A DNA stretch of 64,000 nucleotides from a virus (IMGVR_UViG_3300037193_002017:12978-76977); one strand, 5' to 3'; positions 39,136 through 49,616 are shown, counted from the stretch's first letter. The notes: a model not told the origin generated them from the letters alone. Made by a program: numbers and translations.

Positions 39136-39576
39136 GTGCTGTACGTCATCACCGGCCCGCCAGCCGCCGGCAAGTCCAGCTGGATCGAGGCCCGCGCCAC
39201 AGCCCGTGACATCGTCATCGACCTCGACCGCATCACCCGCGCCCTCACCGGCCCCGGCGCGCCCCAGTGGAACCAGGACGAGATCGCCATCAAGATCGCG
39301 CACCGCGCTCGCTACGCCGCCATCGACGAGGCGGTCAAGCACCTGGACCAGGTCGACGTGTACCTGATCCACACCATGCCCAGCACCCGGTGGCGCGCCC
39401 GCTACCAGCGCCTCGGTGCTGAGATCGTCACCGTTGACCCAGGCGAAGCGGTCGTACGAGAGCGCGTTGCCGCGATGCGATCAGACGAAATGAACCGCGT
39501 CGTCACGCGCTGGTACCGCCAGCATCGCCGGGGCGAGTCACGCCCCGTCACCACCCAGACAACCCGGCAGTGGTGA
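39136..39576 (+). CDS. Small P-loop (AAA/kinase-like) protein
   Basis: Walker A GPPAAGKS; VIDLD. Confidence 0.85.
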   Translation: MLYVITGPPAAGKSSWIEARATARDIVIDLDRITRALTGPGAPQWNQDEIAIKIAHRARYAAIDEAVKHLDQVDVYLIHTMPSTRWRARYQRLGAEIVTVDPGEAVVRERVAAMRSDEMNRVVTRWYRQHRRGESRPVTTQTTRQW

Positions 39577-39697
39577 CCCTCCGCTACTCACCGATGGTGA
39601 CCGTCGGCGGTGCACGGAGGGTGACTCCGAGTGCCGTCGAGGGCCTGTTCGCGGGCCCGTTCGGCTTGCCGGGGAAGAGGTGGATCAAAACTTCGGC

Positions 39698-39743
39698 GGG
39701 AGACCGGGCGACCCAAAACGCCCTTGTCGCCCGTCTCTCTCCC
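39698..39743. other. Putative cos site (cosN)
   Basis: cgggcgac-ccaaaacgccctt-gtcgcccg dyad in the gap before terS, flanked by GTGAC/GTCAC repeats. Confidence 0.6.
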
Positions 39744-39879
39744 CGCGGCGATCGCTAATCACCGCGAACCGAGTTCGGCCCTCCTAACGGGTCATGATCA
39801 CCACCCGGCGGCCCGTCACACTCCGTGACGGTCGACGGTCGTCACTGCGTGTGACGCTCCGTCAGATCGGAGGCGGATC

Positions 39880-40182
39880 ATGAGCGATCAACCGAAACGT
39901 GTCCGAGCCGGAGCCGTCGCCAAGGCAACCGCCGCCGAGCTCGATGACCTGGGGCTTGACCCGAAGACGAACGCCGCTGCGGCCTCCGCCCTCCGCCTCG
40001 CGAAGGTCATGGACTCGACTGCCGACCCCAAGGAGCTCGCCGCCGCCGGGCGCGAGCTCCGCCAGACCATGAATACAGCGCGTGGCCTCGCTCCCCCGAA
40101 GGCGCTCGGCGACCGGATCGACCAGCTGGCCGACCGGCGCGAGAAGCGGCTCTCCCCTCGGGCCGCTAAGGGCACCGCGTGA
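39880..40182 (+). CDS. terS: Terminase small subunit
   Basis: Position; LA..MD...ELRQT...IDQLADRR.KR pattern. Confidence 0.8.
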   Translation: MSDQPKRVRAGAVAKATAAELDDLGLDPKTNAAAASALRLAKVMDSTADPKELAAAGRELRQTMNTARGLAPPKALGDRIDQLADRREKRLSPRAAKGTA

Positions 40183-41741
40183 TCGGCTGCCAGACACCGC
40201 GGATCCTGTCCGTGCCGTGGTACCGACGCGTGGACACGGGGCGGTGGGACGGCACCGAGGACCAGGTCGCGCTGGACTTCCGCTCGCCCGCGGGCACGGA
40301 GTGCATCGAGCTCGCGGAGGAGGCGGGCCTCGACCTCGACATCTGGCAGCAGCTCGCCCTGCACCACAGCCTCGACGAGGATGCCGAGGGCCGGTGGACG
40401 TCGCTCGAGGTCGTCCTCAACATCGCGCGCCAGAACGGCAAGGGCGGATACCTCGAGGCCAGACAGATCGGCGGCGTGATCCTCTTCGGGGACGAGCTCG
40501 TCATCCACACCGCGCACCAGTTCAACACCGCGCAGGAGAGCTTCCTTCGGCTCGACCGGATCTTCGAAGGGTCCGCGTCACTGAGTCGCCGCATCAAGCG
40601 CGTACGCCGCTCGCATGGCGAGGAGGGCTTCGAGTTCTTCAACGGCGCCAGGATCCGTTTCCTGGCGCGGGGCGGGGACAGCGGCCGCGGGTTCTCCGGT
40701 GACCTGGTCATCATGGACGAGGCCATGAAGCTGCGGGCCGCGCCCGTGGGCGCCCTCATGCCGGTGCTGTCCGCCCGCCGCAACCCTCAGCTCGTGTTCA
40801 CCGGGTCGGCCGGTCTGGGGGCTGAGAGCGAGCAGCTGGCGCTGCTGCGGGCCCGTGCGATGGCGGAGGAGGGCGGGCCGGACCCGTCTTTGACGTACCT
40901 GGAGTACTCGATCGCGCCGCACGTGAAGGAGTGCCCGCGCGATGAGGACGGCCGGGTCGTGTGCACGGCTCATGACGACCGGGACGACGAGCGGTCGTTC
41001 GCCCGGGCCAACCCGGCGCTGGGCATCCGGATCCGCACGTCGTACGTACAGCGGGAGATGCGGGGCATGCGTGAGGACCTGTTCGACCGTGAGCGCCTCG
41101 GTGTGGGGGACTACCCGGAGGTCAGCGACGAGACGTGGCAGGTCATCGCGAAGGAGGCCTGGGAGGCGCTCACGGACGCCAGCTCGCGTCCGACGGACCC
41201 GGTGGCGTTCGCCATCGACACCAACCCGGAGCGGACGTGGACGGCCATCTCGGTGGCCGCCGAGTCGTCGGGCGGTGGCCGGCACATCGAGGTCGTTGCC
41301 CACCAGCCCGGCACGGACTGGGTCGTGGACTGGGTTGCTGAGCGTGACGAGAAGTGGAAGCCATGCGCGTGGGTCATCGACGAGGGCGGTCCGGCCGGGT
41401 CGCTTGTGCCAGCGCTGCGGAAGAAGCTGGCCGGGAAGCACCCGGTGGGCAGCGACCTGGGGCGCGATCGCTTCCTGGTGTCGCCAAAGGTGCGGGAGAT
41501 CGTGCAGGCCTGCGGCGCCTTCTACGACCGGGTGAAGGACGGCTCACTCGCCCACATCGGCCAGTCACCGCTGGCGACCGCTCTCGCCGGCGCGAAGAAG
41601 CGCGACCTGGGTGATGCGTGGGCGTGGGCACGGCGCAGTGAGGGTGTGGACGTGAGCCCGCTGGTGGCCGGGACGTATGCGTTGTGGGGCTGGGAGAAGT
41701 TCCACGACGAGGAGCCGGAAGGGGCGCCGAACCTGTGGTGA
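40179..41741 (+). CDS. terL: Terminase large subunit
   Basis: ARQNGKG Walker A, GRGFSGDLVIMDEA Walker B, ANPALG, nuclease domain. Confidence 0.95.
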   Translation: MIGCQTPRILSVPWYRRVDTGRWDGTEDQVALDFRSPAGTECIELAEEAGLDLDIWQQLALHHSLDEDAEGRWTSLEVVLNIARQNGKGGYLEARQIGGVILFGDELVIHTAHQFNTAQESFLRLDRIFEGSASLSRRIKRVRRSHGEEGFEFFNGARIRFLARGGDSGRGFSGDLVIMDEAMKLRAAPVGALMPVLSARRNPQLVFTGSAGLGAESEQLALLRARAMAEEGGPDPSLTYLEYSIAPHVKECPRDEDGRVVCTAHDDRDDERSFARANPALGIRIRTSYVQREMRGMREDLFDRERLGVGDYPEVSDETWQVIAKEAWEALTDASSRPTDPVAFAIDTNPERTWTAISVAAESSGGGRHIEVVAHQPGTDWVVDWVAERDEKWKPCAWVIDEGGPAGSLVPALRKKLAGKHPVGSDLGRDRFLVSPKVREIVQACGAFYDRVKDGSLAHIGQSPLATALAGAKKRDLGDAWAWARRSEGVDVSPLVAGTYALWGWEKFHDEEPEGAPNLW

Positions 41742-41986
41742 ACGACGACCAGGCGGAAGACGCGAACAGCCGTGACCGAGCGGGCCGTTGGCTGGTGATC
41801 CTCGAGACGGTGTTTGTCCTGGTCATCGTGGCGGGCGTCGCGCTCGTGCATGTGCCGGGCGCGCTGATGCTGGCCGGGGTGCTGGGGGTGCTGGCGTGCG
41901 AGCGCGCGCTGGCCCGGCGCCAGGCCGAGGAACGTGTCCCTGGGGAGGGGCGCGGTGGGGAAGCGGCGGGAGGTGAGCGGCAGTGA
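41738..41986 (+). CDS. Small 2-TM protein between terL and portal
   Basis: GTGA overlaps; hydrophobic. Confidence 0.7.
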   Translation: MNDDQAEDANSRDRAGRWLVILETVFVLVIVAGVALVHVPGALMLAGVLGVLACERALARRQAEERVPGEGRGGEAAGGERQ

Positions 41987-43302
41987 CAGCTGGGTTGTTC
42001 GGCCTGTTCGACGGGCGGTCGAGGAGGGGGCTGGAGAGCCCGGCGCAGCCGCTCACCTCCGCCGCGCTGGCGGAGTACCTCGGTGGCGTGCAGTCGGACG
42101 CCGGGGTGCCGGTATCGGAGACGACCGCACTGCGGGCGTCACCAGTGTGGCGGGCTGTGGCGCTGATTGCCGGGGTGTCGGCGGCGCTGCCGCTGCCGAC
42201 ATACAAGGAGGGCACGCGAGAGAAGCAGGCCGCTGACCTGCTGAAATACCCGCATCCCGATCTCACGCCGGTGGAACTGTGGCGGTTCGCGTACCTGTAC
42301 CGGGTGCTGTGGGGCAACACGTACATCCAGAAGGTGCGCGACGGGGCCGGCCAGATCCGGGAGCTGTGGCCGGTGTCCGCCGATCGGGTCCGCGTGGATC
42401 GGATCAAGCCGGACGAGGCGAACCCCACCGGCAAGCTGTTTGACGTCGTGGACGACTGGGGCGTGCACCACGTGTGGACGCCCCATCAGATGCTGCACAT
42501 CCCTGGCCTGGGGTACGACGGCCTCACCGGCTGCTCACCCGTACGGCTGGCCACACAGGGCATCGGCCTGGCGCAGGCCGCCGAGAAGTCGGCGGCCCGT
42601 CTGTTCGGGTCGGGCAACATGATCGGCGGCGTGCTGCAGACCGAGCAGCGCCTCGACCCGGACCAGGCCGCCCGGCTGAAGGAACGCTGGAAGGCCAAGA
42701 TGTCCGGCGTCCACAACAGCCACGAGATCGCCGTGCTCGATTCGGGCGCCAGCTTCAAACCAGTGCAAATGCCGAACACCGACGCCCAGTTCCTCGAGAG
42801 CAGGCAGTTCCAGGTCACGGAGATCGCCCGCATGTTCGGCGTGCCGCCGTTCCTGCTGATGTCCACCGAGAAGAGCACCAGCTGGGGGACGGGGCTGGAG
42901 CAACAGGCGCAGGGCTGGGTCACGTTCGACCTCAACCCGACATGGCTGACGCCGACCGAGCAGCGCGTGACCAAAGAGCTGCTGCCACGGTCGCTGTACG
43001 CGAACTACCAGATGGGCGGCCTGCTGCGCGGCGACTCGGCGGCGAGAGCCACGTTCTACCGGGCAATGCGCGACATCGGCGCCTACAGCGCGAACGACAT
43101 CCGGGCGCTCGAGGAGATGCCGCCGCTGACGGAGAACGGCGACGTCTACCTGCAGCCCATGTACATGGCACCGCTCGGGTCCAACCCCCTCGACCCTGGC
43201 GGGGAGGCGCCGGCGGGCTCGAACCGGGCGCGGGCGGCCGCGCTGATGGCGGAGGCACAGCGTCTGTTGCAGACGCCTGACGATGCTGAGGAAGGCACCT
43301 GA
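41983..43302 (+). CDS. HK97-family portal protein
   Basis: LWGNTY, GCSPV, DAQFLESR...IARMFGVPP, NDIRALE. Confidence 0.95.
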   Translation: MTAGLFGLFDGRSRRGLESPAQPLTSAALAEYLGGVQSDAGVPVSETTALRASPVWRAVALIAGVSAALPLPTYKEGTREKQAADLLKYPHPDLTPVELWRFAYLYRVLWGNTYIQKVRDGAGQIRELWPVSADRVRVDRIKPDEANPTGKLFDVVDDWGVHHVWTPHQMLHIPGLGYDGLTGCSPVRLATQGIGLAQAAEKSAARLFGSGNMIGGVLQTEQRLDPDQAARLKERWKAKMSGVHNSHEIAVLDSGASFKPVQMPNTDAQFLESRQFQVTEIARMFGVPPFLLMSTEKSTSWGTGLEQQAQGWVTFDLNPTWLTPTEQRVTKELLPRSLYANYQMGGLLRGDSAARATFYRAMRDIGAYSANDIRALEEMPPLTENGDVYLQPMYMAPLGSNPLDPGGEAPAGSNRARAAALMAEAQRLLQTPDDAEEGT

Positions 43303-44537
43303 TGAGGACTCTGACGAGGACGACGACCGAGGAACACCGCCGTCTGCCGTTGTCCACGGCAGAGGTCGCCATCCGGGCGGCCGACGGCGACGACGGAGGC
43401 GAGCGGTTCAAGGGCTACGCCGCGGTGTTCAACTCCCGTACCGCGATCGGGAATCCGTTGAGGTGGGGGTTCTACGAGGAGATCGCGCCCGGGGCGTTCA
43501 CGAAGACGCTGTCAGAGGGCGATGCGCGGATGCTCATCGACCACGACTCGTACTTCGTCGTATCGAGGGTGTCGGCCGGCAGCCTGGACCTGGCCGAGGA
43601 CGGGCGCGGCCTGGCCGTCGACTCCGCCCTCGACGCTGGCCTGTCGTACGTCAACGACCTGAAGGCCAACGTCCGGAACAAGAACATCACCGGCATGTCG
43701 TTCGGGTTCTACGTCGTCAAGGACGACTGGACCTTGGAGAAGGTGGAGACCTCCGACGGACAGACCGCCGAGGTCGAGATCCGCCGGATCCTCGAGGTTC
43801 GCCTCATCGAGGTGTCCGCGGTGACGTTCCCCGCGTACGAGGACACCGAGGCCGAACTCGCCAGCGTCCGCTCCGCGCTCCTGCGGCGCGGCGACCAGCA
43901 GGCCATCGAGCAGCGCGCGAAGTACCGACCGGAGCTGCGGGACCTCCTGCAGCTCGTCGGCGAGGAGACGCCCGCCGAGGACACCCCGGCGGCCCGTACG
44001 GCCCCGGCCGTCGAGGAGCGGGCCGCGCTGGCGGTCCACTCCACCAGTACGTCGGATGCGGCGTGGGACGGTCCGGCGAACTCGAAGGATCTCCCCCAGG
44101 AGGAGTCGGCGCTGAGGATGGCGCACGCCTGGGTGGACCCCGAGGGCGACGCCGACACCAAGAGCAGCTACCGGTTCATCCACCACTTCGTGGGCGTGGA
44201 CGGCGACGTCGGCGCCGCCTCAACCGTCGCGTGCACCACGGCGATCGGCGTCCTCAACGGCGCCCGCGGCGGCACCACCATCCCCGACGAGGACCGCGAG
44301 GCGGTCTACAAGCACCTGGCCCGGCACCTGAAGGACGCCGGGCTGAAGGCGCCAGAGCTGAAGGCAGTTGGCAGCGAGCCGGGTGAGTCCACTCGCGAGA
44401 CCAGCACACCGGAGACCGACCCCGCGGACACGGACGACACCGAGCCGGCAGAGACCACTCGGAGCGACCTCGACGCGCGCGTACTCCGGATGAAGGGCCT
44501 GGCCGCCCGCTTCGGGCTGGCCGCGCCCAGCTCGTAA
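43302..44537 (+). CDS. HK97 prohead protease with extra C-terminal domain
   Basis: GYAAVFN, EEIAPGAF, DH, GMSFGF, EVSAVTFPAY; ~180-aa extension. Confidence 0.93.
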   Translation: MRTLTRTTTEEHRRLPLSTAEVAIRAADGDDGGERFKGYAAVFNSRTAIGNPLRWGFYEEIAPGAFTKTLSEGDARMLIDHDSYFVVSRVSAGSLDLAEDGRGLAVDSALDAGLSYVNDLKANVRNKNITGMSFGFYVVKDDWTLEKVETSDGQTAEVEIRRILEVRLIEVSAVTFPAYEDTEAELASVRSALLRRGDQQAIEQRAKYRPELRDLLQLVGEETPAEDTPAARTAPAVEERAALAVHSTSTSDAAWDGPANSKDLPQEESALRMAHAWVDPEGDADTKSSYRFIHHFVGVDGDVGAASTVACTTAIGVLNGARGGTTIPDEDREAVYKHLARHLKDAGLKAPELKAVGSEPGESTRETSTPETDPADTDDTEPAETTRSDLDARVLRMKGLAARFGLAAPSS

Positions 44538-44605
44538 CCCGTACTCACCCCGAAGGCCCGTGACCAGCTGGTGCGGGCCTTCGCCATGTCTGAAAGAGGA
44601 AGCAC

Positions 44606-45850
44606 ATGAGCGAGCAGCTCAGGCGGCTCATCGACGAGCAGAACACCCTGTGGCAGCGGATGCAGGACATCCAGACTGCCGCCGAGGGCGAGAAGCGCGA
44701 CCTTACCGCCGAGGAGCGGCAGAACTGGGACCAGGCGGAGGAACGGCTCACCGTCGTCTCCGGGGACATCGAGCGCCTCAACCGCATGGCCCAGATGTCG
44801 AAGATCGACCGCAGCCAGATCGCCGTCACCACCGGCGAGCCGGAGGGCCGCCGCGGCGGCGACCCCGGGGAGCAGGCGAAGCGGTACGCCGAGACCTTCG
44901 GGGCGTACCTGCGCGGCGGCATGGACCGGCTCACGCCGGACCAGCGGAACCTGATGATGGACCACGAGGTCGACCTGCGCGCGATGAGCGCGGGCATCGA
45001 CACCGCCGGCGGGTTCACCGTGCCGGACGAGTTCCGCAACATCATGACCGAGACGATGAAGGCATACGGCGGCCTCCTCGCCCTGGCCGACGTCATCACG
45101 ACCTCGACGGGCGCCGACCTGAAGTGGCCGACCAACGACGACACCGGCAACGAGGGCGAGATCCTCGGCGAGAACGACGAGGCCGGCGAACAGGACCTCA
45201 GCGTCGGCGGCCGGACGCTGAAGGCGTACACCTTCTCCTCCAAGCAGGTGAAGCTGTCCATGCAGCTCCTGCAGGACTCGGCGTTCAACCTCGAGACGTG
45301 GGTGCCCAGGAAGCTCGGCGAGCGCATCGGCCGCCGCGCAGCCCGCGCGTTCACCACCGGCACCGGCGTCGACCAGCCCGAGGGCCTGGCCACCAGCGCG
45401 GCCGTCGGCAAGCAGGGCGCCTCCGGCCAGACCACGTCGGTCATCTACGACGACCTGGTCGACCTCGAGCACTCCGTCGACAGCGCGTACCGGCCCAACG
45501 GCAGGTACCTCATGCACGACTCGACCCTGAAGGTGATCCGCAAGCTGAAGGACACCCAGGGCCGCCCGCTGTGGGTTCCGGTCCCGGCCCCCGGCTTCCC
45601 TTCGACGATCAACGGCTTCGAGTACTCGCTCGACAACTCGATGCCCACCCCGGCCGCGTCCGCAAAGACGATCGCGTTCGGCGACTTCAAGGCCGGCTAC
45701 GTCATCCGCCAGGTGCAGAGCGTGCAGACGCTGCGCCTGAACGAGCGGTACGCCGAGAAGCTGCAGGTCGGTTTCCTGGGGTTCGCCCGCCTCGACGGCA
45801 TGATCCAGGACTCGTCCGCGATCCGCATGTACCAGCACGCCGCCAGCTGA
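44606..45850 (+). CDS. Major capsid protein (HK97 fold with delta domain)
   Basis: GGFTVP, S.QLLQDS, GTG..QPEGL, LKDTQGRPLW, FGDFK. Confidence 0.95.
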   Translation: MSEQLRRLIDEQNTLWQRMQDIQTAAEGEKRDLTAEERQNWDQAEERLTVVSGDIERLNRMAQMSKIDRSQIAVTTGEPEGRRGGDPGEQAKRYAETFGAYLRGGMDRLTPDQRNLMMDHEVDLRAMSAGIDTAGGFTVPDEFRNIMTETMKAYGGLLALADVITTSTGADLKWPTNDDTGNEGEILGENDEAGEQDLSVGGRTLKAYTFSSKQVKLSMQLLQDSAFNLETWVPRKLGERIGRRAARAFTTGTGVDQPEGLATSAAVGKQGASGQTTSVIYDDLVDLEHSVDSAYRPNGRYLMHDSTLKVIRKLKDTQGRPLWVPVPAPGFPSTINGFEYSLDNSMPTPAASAKTIAFGDFKAGYVIRQVQSVQTLRLNERYAEKLQVGFLGFARLDGMIQDSSAIRMYQHAAS

Positions 45851-45922
45851 CCGACACCCGCTCGTACGGGCCCAGGAACTCGGGTTCCTGGGCCCGTCGG
45901 CATCCACAGGAAGGAGCGCGTC

Positions 45923-46327
45923 GTGAAGGACGCGTACAGCAGCCTGCTCGTCAAGAACACCCTGACGCCGGCGGCGCGGACGGCGTCGGCGAACGGCACG
46001 ACGGTGGACCGGGCCGAGGACTCCTCGATGTTCCAGGACGCCCTGGTCGTCATCCCCGTCGGCACGGTGACCGACGGAACCCACACCTTCGAGGTGCAGC
46101 ACTCCGACGACAATTCGTCCTGGTCGGCCGTTGCCGACGCCGACCTGCAGGGCACCGAGCCCGCCGTCACCTCCAGCACGGACGAGACCGTGTACGAGCT
46201 CGGCTACAAGGGCGACAAGCGCTACCTGCGTGTCGCGGTGACCGTGGCCAGTGCCACGACCGGCGGCGTGTACGGCGCCCACATCGTCCTTGCCAACCCG
46301 CGTGTGGCCCCGGTGGTGCGGAACTGA
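45923..46327 (+). CDS. Virion structural protein (capsid decoration-like)
   Basis: Beta-rich; directly after the capsid gene; AAGGAG RBS. Confidence 0.7.
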   Translation: MKDAYSSLLVKNTLTPAARTASANGTTVDRAEDSSMFQDALVVIPVGTVTDGTHTFEVQHSDDNSSWSAVADADLQGTEPAVTSSTDETVYELGYKGDKRYLRVAVTVASATTGGVYGAHIVLANPRVAPVVRN

Positions 46328-46986
46328 TGCCGCGCATCTGCGTAAGGGAGGCGATCGCCGGGGCCGACTTCTCGTGGGTGCCCGGCGACGTCGTCGATCT
46401 CCCCGAAGAGGAAGCGGCCAGGTGGGCTGATGGCCATCGGGCCGTCCTCCTGGAGGATGGTGAATTCCGGGAGCCGGGCACCGACGGGCCGTCGATCGTG
46501 CACCAGCAGCCGCTGGTGGTCGGCGAGGACGGCCAGGAGCTCGAGGTCCTCGCCGCAACGCTCAAGGACCTCGACCCGCCAGCCGGGCAGGAGGACGGGC
46601 CTCGCTGGGTGCGGTGGTCGGTGACTGTGCGCCTGTCCGTCCCGCCGTCCGAGCCCGGATCGGACGGCGGCGGTCAGGACGACGGCGAGGAGGCAGGGAA
46701 GCAGGACGGCGACGCCCCCGGCCCGCCTGCACTGTTCGACCCTCGCGAGCACAGCAACCGTGAAGTGCTCGCCTACCTCGACACCGTCGGCTACGAGGAG
46801 GCGCTGCGCGTGCTGGACCTGGAAGCGAACGAGGGCGATCCGCCCCGGGCGGGGATCATCAAGAACCGCGACAAGGTCCTCGAGGCCGCGCGCGCCCGCG
46901 ACGGCGGGCAGGCCGGGGCGGAGAAGGCGGCCAAGACCTCGCGGGGTGGCGGCCGCGGCGAGCAGCCCGAGACCCGCGAGTGGTGA
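46327..46986 (+). CDS. Head-region hypothetical protein
   Basis: TGATG overlap; FDP..H...EVLAYL...RVL..E motif. Confidence 0.7.
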   Translation: MPRICVREAIAGADFSWVPGDVVDLPEEEAARWADGHRAVLLEDGEFREPGTDGPSIVHQQPLVVGEDGQELEVLAATLKDLDPPAGQEDGPRWVRWSVTVRLSVPPSEPGSDGGGQDDGEEAGKQDGDAPGPPALFDPREHSNREVLAYLDTVGYEEALRVLDLEANEGDPPRAGIIKNRDKVLEAARARDGGQAGAEKAAKTSRGGGRGEQPETREW

Positions 46987-46997
46987 GGGGGTGAGCG

Positions 46998-47810
46998 GTG
47001 CCGTACGACCTCGGCGCGACCGCGCGCCTGACTGCTGAATGCCGGGACCCCGGCGGCACCCTCACCACCGCCAGCACGGCCGTTGTGACGGTGACCCTGC
47101 CGGATGCGACGACCGCGACCCCGACGGTGACGAACACCGGGATCGGGCTGTACCGGGCGGACTACACCACGGCCCAGGCCGGACGGCATACCGTGCGCTG
47201 GCTGTTCACCAGCCCGGCTCACGCCTACACCGATTCGTTCGACGTGTGGGAGGCGGCGCCGCCCGCGGTGCTGTCCTTGAAGGACGCGAAGGACCTGCTC
47301 AAGAAGACGACCCCGGACGACGACGCACGGGTGCGATTCTGGCTCAACGCCACCACGCGCGCCGTTGAGTACTTCGTCGGCCCGGTCATCGTCCGCCAGG
47401 TCGTCGAGGACCACCACGTGGGCGTGGTCACCGCGCTCGCCCTGCACCGGACGCCGGCCGTGTCGTTGGTGTCCGTCGCGGCGCTGCTGTCGGGCGGAAC
47501 GTCGTACGACGTCGACGACCTCAACTTGGACGGTGCGAAGGGGATCGTGACCCGGAAGGACGGCGGCCAGATGGTCGGGCCGCTCCGAGCCACCTACCGG
47601 GCCGGGCGGACGGTCATCGCGCCGAACACCACCGCCGCCGCGCAGGTGATCCTGCAGCACCTGTGGCGGACACAGACCGGTGAGGGCCGCCCGCAGCGCG
47701 GCACCTCCGACTACGACGTCACCGAACCCATTCCGGGCCTGGGATATGCGATCCCGAACCGGGCGGTGCAGCTGATGAATCCGGACGACCAAGGACCGGG
47801 GATGGCGTGA
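46998..47810 (+). CDS. Head-tail adaptor (gp6-like) with N-terminal Ig-like domain
   Basis: LSLKDAKDLL, TYRAGR, QHLWRTQ. Confidence 0.75.
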   Translation: MPYDLGATARLTAECRDPGGTLTTASTAVVTVTLPDATTATPTVTNTGIGLYRADYTTAQAGRHTVRWLFTSPAHAYTDSFDVWEAAPPAVLSLKDAKDLLKKTTPDDDARVRFWLNATTRAVEYFVGPVIVRQVVEDHHVGVVTALALHRTPAVSLVSVAALLSGGTSYDVDDLNLDGAKGIVTRKDGGQMVGPLRATYRAGRTVIAPNTTAAAQVILQHLWRTQTGEGRPQRGTSDYDVTEPIPGLGYAIPNRAVQLMNPDDQGPGMA

Positions 47811-48277
47811 TGGCGACCTCCGCAGTACCGGGCGCCATCAGCGCCCTCCTGACCATCCTGCAGGCGTCCGCCGAGCTCGACGACGTGATGGTCATCGACG
47901 GGCCGCCGACCGACGACGTGGCCACCGAGGACATCCTCGTCGTGGGCTGGTCGCCGCAAGGCGAGGCCGCCGCCGAGCTGGTGCAGAACTTCAACGCGGC
48001 CGGCGCCCGCACCAGGGACGAGGACTTCACCCTCACCTGCTACATCGATTGCTGGTCCGGGGACTTCAACTTCGCCACCGTACGGGGCCGGGTGTTCGAG
48101 GTCCTCGGCGTCGTCGAGCAGGAGCTACGCGCCACCAGCTCCGACCCCACGGCACCGAACCTGAATGGCGCGGTGATGTGGGCGCACTTGACCCGGGGCG
48201 TGCTGCAGCAGTCCACCAACGACCAGGGAATCAGGGCATCGCTGACATTCACCTTGTCCTGCCACGCCCGCCTGTAG
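47807..48277 (+). CDS. Tail terminator/neck protein
   Basis: Position and pattern (V.DGPP, DP..PNLNGAV). Confidence 0.65.
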   Translation: MMATSAVPGAISALLTILQASAELDDVMVIDGPPTDDVATEDILVVGWSPQGEAAAELVQNFNAAGARTRDEDFTLTCYIDCWSGDFNFATVRGRVFEVLGVVEQELRATSSDPTAPNLNGAVMWAHLTRGVLQQSTNDQGIRASLTFTLSCHARL

Positions 48278-48341
48278 CCCCCTAACTCGAGGAGCCCGCA
48301 TGGTGCGGGCTGTTCGCCATGCCCAAGCGAAGGAGGACCCT

Positions 48342-48626
48342 GTGGCGAAGGTCCGCTACATCGGCGACGAGCCGGTGACCGTACCCGAACTGTTCGGCCA
48401 CGACCGCTTCGTCCAGCCGGACGAGGTCGTCACCGTCCCGGACGAGCGGTTCGCCGCCTACGTGTGCCAGCCGCGCACCTGGCAGGCCGTCGAGGAACCG
48501 GCCGACTGGAACACCACCACGCCCCAGGACAGCGACCAGCCGGGCGTGACGACCGCGCCCCCGGCGGCGAAGGCCCCGCCGAAAAAGACCGCAGCGACCA
48601 AGACGCCGTCGCAGAAGGAGGACTGA
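48342..48626 (+). CDS. Small tail-region protein
   Basis: AAGGAGG RBS. Confidence 0.65.
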   Translation: MAKVRYIGDEPVTVPELFGHDRFVQPDEVVTVPDERFAAYVCQPRTWQAVEEPADWNTTTPQDSDQPGVTTAPPAAKAPPKKTAATKTPSQKED

Positions 48627-48629
48627 TCC

Positions 48630-49616
48630 ATGGCGATCGGATCGGGTCTCGGCGCCCAACTCGGCATCGCCGCCGAGGTCACGTACGGCACGTACGTCGC
48701 GCCGACGAAGTTCATCGAGTTCACCAAGGAAGGCCTCCAGCTCAAGAAGACGACCGCGCAGTCGGCGGGCATCGCGGCCGGCCGACTTCTCCCGCTGTCG
48801 GCGCGCCGTGTCGTCACCCGGCAGGAGGTGCAGGGCTCGATCGACCTGGAGGTCACCAATAAGGCCATGGGCCTGCTGCATCAGGCGCTGATGGGGACCA
48901 CGGTCACGCCCGTGCAGCAGGGTGCGACAGCGGCGTACCTGCAGACCCACACCCTCGCCAGCGTCGCGGGCAAGAGCCTGTCGATCCAGAAGGGTGTCCC
49001 GCTGACCACGGGCACGGTGACCGACAAGTCCTTCGTGGGCTGCAAGGTCACGAGCGCCGAGTTCAGCTGCGCGGTCGGCGAGATGCTGATGGGCACGTTC
49101 GAGTTCGACGGCAAGAACTGCGACGAGGCCCAGTCCCTGGCCGCCGCCTCCTACCCGTCGATGAGCCCCTACCACTTCGGCCAGATGGCCGTGAAGATCG
49201 GGAGCTTCGGCTCGGAAGCGGCAATCGACGGCATCCGCAAGGTCAGCTGCAAGATCGAACGGCCGCAAGACGTCGAGCGGTTCTACGCGGGCCAGGCCGG
49301 ACTGAAGAAGGAACCGATCGAGAACGACCAGGTGAAGATCACCGGGTCCTTCGAGTCGGACTACGTAGCGACCACCCTCGACGATCTCCATACCAGTGAC
49401 GCTGCGACCAGCTTGGTGTGGGAGTTCGTCGGCCCGGTGATCGAGACCCCGCACGCCGAGACGTGGCGGCTGACCCTACCCGCGATCCGTATCGACGAGG
49501 GGCCGCCCGTCGTCGACGGCTTCGGAGTCGTCAAGCCCACGTTCAACTTCACCGGTCTCTACGACGGCACCAACCAGCCGAAGATCGAGATCATCTCGAC
49601 GGACACCGCGCTGTGA
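48630..49616 (+). CDS. Major tail tube protein
   Basis: AEVTYGTYVAP N-terminus; position. Confidence 0.85.
   Translation: MAIGSGLGAQLGIAAEVTYGTYVAPTKFIEFTKEGLQLKKTTAQSAGIAAGRLLPLSARRVVTRQEVQGSIDLEVTNKAMGLLHQALMGTTVTPVQQGATAAYLQTHTLASVAGKSLSIQKGVPLTTGTVTDKSFVGCKVTSAEFSCAVGEMLMGTFEFDGKNCDEAQSLAAASYPSMSPYHFGQMAVKIGSFGSEAAIDGIRKVSCKIERPQDVERFYAGQAGLKKEPIENDQVKITGSFESDYVATTLDDLHTSDAATSLVWEFVGPVIETPHAETWRLTLPAIRIDEGPPVVDGFGVVKPTFNFTGLYDGTNQPKIEIISTDTAL

Noticed and set aside
39136-39576. P-loop protein as the missing TraB motor
   Set aside because: It is too small (146 aa), kinase-like, and in the usual HNH/terminase neighbourhood.
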